A stretch of 49,136 nt of DNA from contig RBNJ01000032.1 in NCBI GenBank assembly GCA_003990765.1, positions 1-49,136 on the forward strand. The letters run 5' to 3'. The DNA is from Jimgerdemannia flammicorona (taxonomy: Eukaryota). Positions 11,101 to 21,200 of this stretch are shown here, piece after piece. The notes below the pieces were generated by a model that had not been told where the DNA came from, ran no database searches, and saw only the letters and a program-made list of their open reading frames with translations. Every line of letters begins with the position of its first letter. The first letter of the stretch is position 1. Position numbers and translations under genes: made by a program.

Positions 11101-11769
11101 CAGACACCATACCACTTCCAGTACCAACTAGACATCTGCTCCCCAACACTCCACCATCAGAACCCAGTCAATCCTGGAGCCCAGCCCTGCTGCCCAGTGG
11201 GTGTACATCTGCTGATTGGCCCAAAGGTGTCTTTCTGAGTCCACTTAAGAACACAATCTCTCTATTTCCAGCCAATCCCCCAGCCCACCACTTTCGCCCC
11301 ACACACCTCTCCCACCATCAGTTCTATCCATCTCCTTATCCCATACCATGTTGAAGTCACCCCCCATACAATCCAGGCCAACTTCTCCCAATACACCAGC
11401 CTCTTTCAATTGGCGAATCCAATCCACCCTCTCCCCTCTTTCAGCTGGGCAATAACAAGACCCAACTGTCAACGAGCCCCATCCAGGCCTCTTCTACAAA
11501 TCCCACACCACCCAAGACCCCCAATGTCCAATGTCTACAATGTCCCCCATCCCTTTCCGAATGAGAATACACACTTTCCCCCTCCATACTGCCATGCCCC
11601 CCCATTCCTTAGTCCAATCCTGTAAGTCCACATCTTCTTCATATCGAACATCCTGTAGTAAGAAGAGGTCTACGTCCAGTCTCTTAAGCCAACCAAATAT
11701 GTACTTCCTCTTAGCTGCCCCCCATAACCCATTAACATTCAATGAAAATATCCTAGTTGTACTGTTCAT
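8107..11769 (-). pseudogene. LINE ORF2: AP endonuclease, reverse transcriptase, zinc knuckle
   Basis: SLNVNGL, GGDFN, SRIDW, SDH; APGEDG, GVPQGDPLSP, FADD; CEEC...EHWLGEC; one frame with 10 internal stops. Confidence 0.95.
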
Positions 11770-11800
11770 ATTGAAGGAATGTTGAATTGACTACCCCAAC

Positions 11801-13723
11801 CTAGTATTCCATGCTCATCTCATCTCCAGCCAGATCCAAGTGCCATTCCGCCTCCAAGTCACCCTCCACATTAGCCTGAGCATCCAGTGCCTCCAAGATT
11901 TCCTGGCATTCCACCCCATCCATGACCTCCATATCTGACCGGTAGTCTAGGCAGACTGCGTGCCACTTCTCCAGTCCCTTCATCGAATTCTACAAGAAAA
12001 GTGCCCTGTTGCTTGCAATCTTCCGAAGCTCCTCCTCCCGCTGATCATCCACTTAATATTCAACAGATTCCAAGAGAACAGCCAGGATCTCATTCCTCAT
12101 CTTCCTCGGCACCTTCTCCTCTCGTAGAATCTCCTCCCAATGCCTCTCCTCCATCACCCGGAAGTCCTCACCCCCCAGCTCTTCTGCTGCCACCCCTTCT
12201 AGGGTCTTCTATATCCACTTTTCCTCATCCACTGCCTCTGCCGCACCCTGAGCGATACATCCCCCATCCACCTCTGGGTCCATCAGCATGCTCCTCCTCA
12301 CTGACTCATCCCACTCCTCATCTGGCACATCCATCAGCTCCTCCTCCCCCTCAGCCCCACCTGGGACACTATACTGAGGGTGCACACCCTCACCCATTTC
12401 GGCATCTACTGCCAACACACCTTCCTCCTCTACCCTCCCTCCAATCTGAGCCCCACCCTGGGCCATTTCCCCCCCCTCAGCCCAAGCGCTCTCCTGCAAC
12501 CCTGCAACTCCTTTCTCTGAGCTTTCACCAGCCCTACCCCCACCCAGCCTCACCAGCAGCTCCTTCTGTATTTTCCTCCCCTGCATCTTCTCCCAAACCC
12601 CTTTCTCCATCCGGACCTTCTTCCCATCCACCTCCCCTACCACCATCCTGGCCTCAAACTCCTTCCAGGCCAATCTCCTCCTTGCAACTGCCCCTTCCAG
12701 ATCCTCCAGCACCTCCAACAGGTCCTCCTCCTCCTCCTGGGTCCCCTTCACCCTCGCGACCTTACACTCCACTGGTCCCCACCTCAGCATCACCGGCCAG
12801 TCCCTCGACCTTCCTGTATTCTCCTTCCCAAACAGCCTCACCCTGACATCGATGTCACCAGTCCTAAGTGTGGTGCCCTCCCAGACCTTGAACCCAACAT
12901 CTACAATCTTGCCATACTCCTTGATTGCCTCTACAACCATCTCTCTGGTCCTCTCCTTCGACACAGTCGGGAGATCCAACACCGTCAACTGCACCACCCG
13001 GGGATCCCAGCACATACACTGGGCCATAGGAACCACAACCCCACCAACCATCACCCCCTTCTCCATGGCTGCCATCAAGGCATCTTCCTCCTCAAACCCC
13101 ACCTCAACCCCCTCCTTTCCCCTCAAAAACTTCACTGAGGCCGCTCCCTTAGCCTCTTGTGCCACCAACCCCAAAATCATCCTCACCGTCACCGCCAAGC
13201 CCCGGAAGCACATAGTGACTGTGAATTCTGACCTCGACTTCTTGAGTAACGGGGCCAACACCATGCCCGTCACACCATCTGCCAGGTCCCTGGGCCTCAT
13301 GCCCCCTCCCAGTCCCAAATCGCCAACTGCTGTCACATCTGGATTTTTTGCCAGATCCCCAGTCACAGCCCCATCAGCAGTCACAGCCCCATCTCCAGCC
13401 CCTACTCTGGCTCCTACCCTACCACCAGAGGCTCCCCTGGGCACCCCTCCCTATCCTCTAGCAGCAGCCATCGAAGCCTTCCCCAGGCCCAGCCAACCAT
13501 CCAGCCCAGAAGCCATCTTTCCCATTCTGACTGTGTCAGCAAAGGTCGACCTCTCCCCTCCTCTCTGCCTCAGACCACCCCTCCCTTCACCGCCAGTGCC
13601 TCTGCTCACCCTCGAGGCCTCTGGCATCTCCAAACCATCACCCCTCCTCCCCACCTGCTGCCAGCCAAAGGCACTGTCACCCCCCTGGCCAGTATGCTCA
13701 CCAGTTCAATCAGTGCTATCCAT
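11801..13723 (-). pseudogene. LINE ORF1 (RRM-like core, acidic tail)
   Basis: ATG at 13723 in frame with fragments 13654, 13444 and 11983; core VEVGFEEE...YGKIVDV is shared with copies 2 and 3. Confidence 0.85.
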
Positions 13724-13908
13724 GTTGCTAGTCATCTGACACCAAAAATGTTGTAAAAAGTGTTGTCTGAGTCTTGTGTCACCCGAATGGTACTGGTGAA
13801 AGATGTGCTTATCTTATATGCCATATGATCTTCTTGTGCTCTGATCTGGTGGCTTGCAAGGAAAGGCTGTCTCTTGTGCTGATGTCATCATTCTGGGGTC
13901 ACCATTAT

Positions 13909-15030
13909 AATAGAAAAATAGGTAAAAAAAAAATCTCCAAAAGATACAAAATAGTGGGTAGGACCTAGTTCTCTCTAATAGAGTAAGTGAAGGACTTATA
14001 TATAAGACAGAAGGAGACCTCCAATATCCCATTACTCAAGCCTATAGATCTTGATTATATTACTATATCAACTCTTAGTTCTAGTTAAGTATAGTCTAAA
14101 TACTTGACCTGAGTAGCCTCAGGCCCTCCAACAACTCCAAATAACTGAAGTCTAACCTCACATATTGCTGAGAGCTACCAAGAGTAACACTTACTACTTA
14201 ACTACCCCATACTAATCAAAAGGTCTCACTGATATAATATCTATATTAGTTATAATAACTATTATCATCTGATACTTGACTGGTCTACTGCAATTATCCT
14301 TCCACTTATGTATCTATGATAGCTATCTCTTCTTCTATTCTGATACCATCTGAAAAGTAGTTATCTATACCAGAACTATACTTACCAAAAAGCTTGCCAA
14401 AGCTCAGAGAGTCTACTATAGATACTGAGAATCTGCCAGAACCTTTACTAGTACTTAATATTCAAGGTTAGCTAACTTTTTATATAGCTTATAATATACT
14501 AAGATAATATCTTATTAATAATAACAAATAGAAGAAAGTGCTGTATCAAGATAGATATATCTCAGATATAGCCAGAGCTACCAGAAATTATAAAAAAGTA
14601 GAGAAAGCACTAATCTGATACTGATAAAGAGGTAACTCATTACTATTATCTCTCTCTCACTAATCTGTAATAAATATAGTAAACTAACTCAAGATAGAGA
14701 GATAAAAGTTGGAAAAAGAGAACTTGAAAAGTTATCTATCAAAATCTTGTAACTAATATAGTAGCAGAGAAAGAAGTACAGAGATGTGGTATAATATCTC
14801 TTATAGTTCAGAAAGACCATGGCTTTATAATAATAGTTATTAGAGAGAAAATTCAGAAAATATTCACTTGTGACTTTAATATATTCTCTTATATATTCCT
14901 TATGAAAGTAGTTGTTAATTAATCTTTCTAATTTCTTAAGTATGGGTAACTTCTTTGTTAAGTATAATAAATATATCAAATACTTATTAGATGGTTTTAT
15001 TATTGAGTCTGTTGAATTTCTCTTAGCTAG
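13909..15030. other. Heavily mutated AT/TpA-rich relic, probably an old TE; target of element B
   Basis: No CpG seen, TpA-rich, continues at 25747-25842; no motif recognised. Confidence 0.4.
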
Positions 15031-16601
15031 TATAATATGCTGGCTCAATAGAGGCAAATTACAAGGTTGGAGATTGATGTAGTTTGGCTTGAGCCCCCAG
15101 TTACTTTGTCAAAAAGCAACAAAATGTTCTTGGTGTTTAGCAGTATAATAGTCAAAGCTGGATATCTGTGAGTGATTTGTATGTCGATTTCCTAATTGGG
15201 ACAGTTCTCTGGGTGTAGCAGCGATTTGTGTATGTGAACAGATTTCCTTCTTGGGTCAACTAGGAATGGCAGAATTTTGTATATAGCATGAGCAGTTTCC
15301 TTCTTGAGTAGCAGGTGATTTCTGTGTAGCATGATGATCTCTGTGTATGATGGTCTGGCAATTTAGCAGTTCTCCTTATGTGATTTCTGTATAATGGTCT
15401 TGTGTAGCGCAAGGAGATTCCTTATACCGGATGATCTTAGCAATATTCCTTATACAGATTTGGTGGATAACTCAATTTAGCTCACTGGGAATTATACTGG
15501 TGCAGTTTCTTCTATACTGGGCTCACTGGGAATAATGGATAACTTAGATGGTATGAATCGGGCTCTTCTGGGAATAATGACTCAGGTGACATGAGTCAGG
15601 TCCTTCTGGGAATGCAGATAACTTAGAAATGACAGATGACACAGATTCTTCCTGAATCAGCAGACTTCTTGAGAATAACAGCTTAACTGAGAATTAACTC
15701 AGATGATATGGGTTCTTTCGAATCAGGTTCTTCTGGAAATATGTTGGCACAGATTCTTCCTGAATTGGTGGCTTCAACTGGGAATATGGCAGATAACTCA
15801 AAAGGCAGTGGATAACTCGGATGGTATGGATTCTTCCTAAATCAGTGGCTTCAACTGGGAATTAACTAGGATTCTTAGCAAGTTACATCAAAGACTGACT
15901 TCATTTGCATGGGGTTATATCATAGACTGGCTCCACTGCAAAGTTGCATCAGAAAGACTGGCTTGTGGCAAGAATGGCGGTGAAAACTTGGGTTCTTCAG
16001 GCTTATCTGGCAAGTGTGCCAATAGCACAGCTTATTCCTTAAGCAGTGGGTTCTTCAAAAGGTGGCAAAGTTCTTCACTTAAACTTGGTGGCAAAATCAG
16101 CTTTGTATTGAAAAGTGGACTAGAGTGGAAAGGGGACCAATACTCACAATCTCCTAACAGTGGCTGTAGAGTTCCTCTTAAAGTGTGGTAGGCAGACTTG
16201 ACTTTTGCTTTTTGGATTCAATTTTGGACTGAGGTTTATTCACTCTTGTCTCTGGGGTAATTTATATAAGTTGGTTGCTATCTGGTTGCTATGTGGCTAA
16301 CTATAGATTTACTACTTCTGATAATACTTTGGTGTGTCCTCTGGGTACAGGTGTGTCCACAGGACATGAGTGTGTCTGCAGGACATGAGTGTGTCCGCAG
16401 GACATGAGTATGTCTGCAGGATATGAGTGTGTCCTCAGGACACAGGTAAACAATCCTGTTCTGGTGTCTTGGCTAATTATAAGTGTGGCAGGCATGGGTA
16501 ACTATGATACACTGGAAGTCACATCATGCTGAGTAAGTATGCTAATTGTTTGCATCATCTGGCTAAGTTATAATTCAGGTGGTACATTTTGGTCTGTTAC
16601 A
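15031..16601 (-). repeat. 3' LTR of element B
   Basis: Colinear with 24168-25746; preceded on the - strand by a weak PPT-like AGTGGGGGCTGA (16602-16613). Confidence 0.95.
16360..16446. repeat. 19-bp tandem repeat, 4 full units (3' LTR U3)
   Basis: CAGGACATGAGTGTGTCTG at 16360, 16379, 16398, 16417. Confidence 0.92.
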
Positions 16602-16640
16602 TCAGCCCCCACTGAAGGGTAGTCTGTCCCAGACTATTCT

Positions 16641-17165
16641 TCAGTCATCATCCCAATAGGCATAAGCAGCTTCTGCATCTATATCTGTTCTATCATCATC
16701 ATCTGAGCTATGGTCACTCTATTCCAGGGGCTCTTCTTCTTTCTTAGGAAATAGGATCTCCACTTGATGAATGATGCTGAGATAGGTGGGCAGTGTCATC
16801 CTTTGGAGGTCATTCAGGGAGAACTGGGCCTATATTAAGGCAAAAGGATTTCATTTGTATATTGTGTAGAGTCTGTCTGCAGCAGTAGTATTCCTTCTGT
16901 TCAGGCCAGTAGTGTTATGGACATAGGCTAGATCTGGGAGAGGAAGATTCTGCAATTGTTCTCCAATTGCATAGTATGTCTGCAGCTGGTGGACTTGGAG
17001 TAGCCTCTCAGCCAGAGTGAGGTTCTCTTGATGAACTTGGATTTTCTGAAGATATGTTCCATTGAGTTCCTGGAACTGAGGCAGGGGAACTGGTAGGGCT
17101 TGGAGGGAACTGAGGACAAGGGTTTGGAGGTGGTTGTCAATTTTCTGGTTTATGGTGTGAGAAGA
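16641..17165 (-). pseudogene. Accessory 3' ORF of element B (not in the ORF track)
   Basis: Manual translation TINQKIDNHLQ...QTYYAIGEQL...TAADRLYTIYK*NPFALI*...DAEAAYAYWDDD*; three internal stops; start codon not identifiable. Confidence 0.72.
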
Positions 17166-18215
17166 GATATATCTTGAGGCAATTGATGTGTACTGGTGTT
17201 CTCAGGGTTCGTCCATCCATGCTTCTTAAATAGATGCTGGTTCCTCTGATGTTGTGTACAAGATAAGGTCCTTTCCATTTGGGCTCCAGTTTGGTGGCAA
17301 AGTTTGTTTCAATTATGCTTCTCCAAACTAGTACTTGATCTCCAATCTTGATCTCCTGATCCTTCTGTCTTTGGTCATAGTGCTTCTTTTGTCTTTCTTG
17401 GGCTTTGATAATCTGACCTCGGGCCTGATTATATAACTGTTCTGCCTTCTTGAGAAGATCTCCAAGGTTCTTATGGTCAGCAGTTCTCATTTTCTTGGCA
17501 AACATCATTTCAAATGGCTTTTGTTTGGTTGAGGTGGCAGGGGTGTTCTGAATTTCCCATAGGATCTCAGGTAAGCAGAGGTCCCAATTAGTAGCATTGA
17601 CTTAGGTAAGTCCTTTCTTGATAGTCTGGTTTATCCTTTCTGTCATGCCATTGGTCTGAGGGTAGTATGATGTAGTTCATTTGAGATGTATCTTGTGAAT
17701 TTGAGCATAACTTGTAATTATGTTGTTGATGAATTCTGTGCCTCGATCAGAGATGAGTTCTTCTGGGGGTCCATATCTGAGTGTGAGTCCATGGAGAAGG
17801 CCTACAATGGTTAGGGCATCTGCAATTTCCATTGGGAAAGCCTCAGGCCACTTGGTCAGGTGTTCTACAAATACAAGGATATATTTGTTTCTTCTTGGTG
17901 TAACTGGTAGAGGTCCAATTACATCTACTCCCCATCTTTGAAAGATGTGAGTGGGTGGGGGAATCAGTTGCAGAGGGACTTGATAGTTCTTCCTCCTTGG
18001 TACTTCTGGCAGATGTTACATTTCTGAATGATGTCTCAGACTTATGCTCTGAGGTGGGGCCAATGTTGATATTATTCTCGAATCTTGTCTTCTGTACTTG
18101 TCTGTCCTTGGTGGGCTTTCTGATGTTCTTTTCAGATGAGATCTTCTTGTGCCTTAATGGTCTGAGGAGCTTCCTTTAGAGTGTAGTTTCTCAGGACACC
18201 CTTCTTCTGGTTCAT
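17137..18215 (-). pseudogene. Integrase ORF of element B, own ATG
   Basis: ATG at 18215 (MNQKKG...HQKAHQG...CNIC), WGVDVIGPLP, SDRGTEF, KLEPKWKGPY; one frameshift near 17990. Confidence 0.87.
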
Positions 18216-21200
18216 TGGGGCTGATGGGAAAGTACATTAATATTGTTGTGAGCTTTCTCTGCTTTGTGCATGATGGTGATTTTGTAATCCTGAAGGATAA
18301 GGATCCAGCAGGCTAGGATTCCAGTAGGTTCCTTACAGTTGAATAACTATTTGAGAGCTACATAGTCTGTGATCAGGGTGAACCTTTTTCTGATGAGGTA
18401 ATGCTTGAACAGGGTGACTGCCCATATGACTGCAAGACATTCCAGTTTGGTGCTACCATAGTTCATCTGCTGCTGATTGGTGGCTCTGCTTGCATAAGCT
18501 ATCACATGGTACTGTTGATTGGGTCCTTCTTGGACTAGAACTGCTCTGAGGCCATCTTTAGAAGCATCTGTATACAGGATGAATGGCTTCTGTAGATTGG
18601 GGCGCACAAGGATTAGTGCTATAGTCATATAGTTCTTGAGTTCTTTGAAAGCTTTTTCTTGTGATGCTGTCCATTTGAATGGTACTCCTTTCTTGAGAAG
18701 GATTCAAATTGGGGTGGCAATTTGGGCAAAGTTCTTGATAAACCTTCTATAGTAGGATACTAGTATCAGAAATGATAGTGTTTCCTTTGGGGTCTTGGAT
18801 ACTGGCCAATCATTGATATTTTCAGTTTTCTTTGGGTCTGCATGGGTTCTTTCTTTTGAAACTATGAATCTAAGGAATTCAAGTTTCTGTTTTCCAAAGT
18901 AGTATTTCTTTGCATTCAGTCTCAAGTGGTTTTTGTAGGTGAGCTTGAAGAATTCCTCTAGGTGGTGCAGGTGTTCTTCAAAATTTGCTGAATAGATGTT
19001 GGAATCATCCATGTATACAATCAGACAGTGGTGGATCAGGGGGGCATAGACTGAATTCATCATCCTGGTACATTGCAAAGTCCAAAGGGCATTCATAGGT
19101 ATTTAAACAGTTTTCCTAGAGCAAGGAAGGCTGTCTTTTGAATGTCTTTGGGGTCCATGGGGATCTCATGGAATCCTGTGAAGAGGTCCATACTGCTGAA
19201 ATATCTGGCATCTTATAACTGGTCCAAAAGGTCATTGATTCTGGGCAAAGGATAGGTATCCTTTTCGGTAACTGAATTGAGTTTCCTGTAATCTACACAA
19301 AGTCTCCATCCTCCTTTCTTTGGTACAATAAGTATAGGGCTAGCCCAGGGGCTAGTAGAGGGTTAGATGACTCCATTGTCTAAGAGTTCTTAAATGTGCT
19401 CCTTTTTAAATATTTTCAAGTGATGGGATATTCTATAGAGTTTCTGCCAGATGGGTGTTGCATTTCCTGTATTTATACTGTAGTGGTATGATGGATTGTA
19501 TGGTAAGTTGCCATAATCAGTGGTGAAGATATCTTGTTATTTGTTGAGAAGTTCTGCTAGTTGTTGTTGTTGTTGAGGTGTTAATTCTTCTCCAATATTG
19601 GTAGAAGGCTTCACTGTCTCCTGGGTTGCAGAGGGGCCTTTCTTTCTTCTGAGATCTTTTGCTATTTCCCAATAGGTTTAGTTCATAAACTTCCCTATGA
19701 GTTTGGTTGAGAAAGGGCACCAGATGTCCTATGATGGTTCCTTTTGGTAAGATGATGGTCTCCCAACTTTGGTTGGTTGCTCAGGAGTGTACTGGGTTCA
19801 TCTTGTCAGGAAATGTGTACCCCTCTATGTCCAGGTGTGGGATATCTTCCTTGGGTTCAAAGAAAAGATTTCTGGGGTCAGGTGGTGCAAAGATTTCGAA
19901 GGTAGTTTGTTCTCTGGACTCCAGGATGAGATTCTTATACAGTCTGACTGGTTGCCAGTACACTTGCTGGAGAACATTCCTTTTGAGGTAGTTGACTTGA
20001 AGGAGATATACCTCCTTCCTATCTGAACTTCCAAATCTCTTGGCTTGTCTTGTTCCTTCAGTTAGTTCAGAGACTTCCTATAACTGTGGGGTCTTGACCT
20101 TCATGAAGACTGCTTGGGCAATCTTCTATCCTCTAATGATTCAGTGCTATTCTGCACTGCTGTTATGTAGGATGACCTTGATTTCGCCTATATATCCAGA
20201 GTCAATGATTCCTCCTTCTACAGTTATCCCTTGTCTGGCAAGTCCAGATCTTGAGATCAGTTGAATATAAGCTCCTTGGGGTGGCTGCATGGCTAATCCA
20301 GTTCTGATTATGAAGTTTTTTCCAGGCTTGATAGATTCATCCTCCAGGCTGTGAAGATCATATCCTATATCCTCTGAGTGGGCTTTGGTCAGGGGTTTGG
20401 CCTTGGGGTGCAACAGGGCATACTGGGCAATATCCTTGCTGAGTTCGGGCTTTCCTAAGGCTGAAGCTCCACTAGTGGAAAGTCTCCAAGCTCTAAGGTT
20501 GAGGTGTGGCCATCTGGCTCCACTAGAGGGGTCTTGGAGGTAGTTGATTCCCCTCCTTCCTGTAGGGTCAAGGGCTTCCATGAAGTTGGTGGTATCTTCT
20601 GCCCATTCTTGGCAGGTTACTTGTCTAATGAGAGCTAGGATGTCTTCTCCCAAATCATAGATCTTGAAAATTCTTTTTCCGGGCTTCTTGGTTTGGCTTT
20701 TTTGAATCTGGCCTTTTCAAATCTGGCTTCAGTTATCTCCTTTCTTCAAAGTGTGCACTGCAACATCATGACTGAGGTGAATCTTCTGATGTCTGCAGTC
20801 TTGGCAATCAGAGTGTCTCCTATGGTTGCAATATCCCATTGCCTGAAAATGATGTTCCCAGCTATTTATCTCTTGTTGTCTTGGGAATTGGTACCCATCT
20901 TGATCATAGGTTGGGGGAAGGGTAGACAAGGGGTATATTTCTGTTTGGGTGAAGAAGTCTTGTCCTCTAAATCGACTTTGTAACCTTGTGGTGACTTCTT
21001 GAAAGGTGGTGGACTGTGTAAGAGTAGTTGGGGGTTCTGGTCTCTGAGGTCTCTGTCTTTCTTGTTGGTCCAATAGATGACACTGATAGCAGTAGTCTTG
21101 GGGAGAGTGGAAGACCATTTGGTGTAGACATCTTCCTAGCCAAAAAGCTTCCTCTTGGTGGGTTTCTTTCTTGGGGATAATGGTGATTGTACTGGGTCCT

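Larger units (their letters stand above)
8092..13805 (-). mobile_element. Full-length L1/Tx1-like LINE (copy 1)
   Basis: ORF1 plus ORF2 (APE, RT, CCHC); flanked by TSD TGCT(C/T)ATCTTATA at 8079-8091 and 13806-13818; the empty site is visible at ~799-811. Confidence 0.95.
7070..13908 (-). mobile_element. Second A-family copy (A'), 3' internal fragment only, split by a LINE
   Basis: 7292-8091 plus 13819-13908 align with ~12-900; homology stops at ~13908. Confidence 0.9.

Noticed and set aside
12001-13739. Long Pro/Ser-rich plus-strand ORFs (281 and 295 aa; also 8068-8802)
   Set aside because: Antisense shadows of the G-rich LINE coding strand; no independent motif.
14689-15057. 122-aa minus-strand ORF
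   Set aside because: Chance frame in AT-rich mutated relic DNA that crosses the LTR boundary.
16360-16446. Short palindromic repeats as a CRISPR array (also 25486-25591, 35370-35615)
   Set aside because: Eukaryotic context, no cas genes; units are contiguous or too degenerate and lack regular spacers.
16928-17140. Track ORF MTTTSKPLSS as the element B accessory gene
   Set aside because: The neighbouring frame is longer and is the one that aligns with the family A accessory protein.
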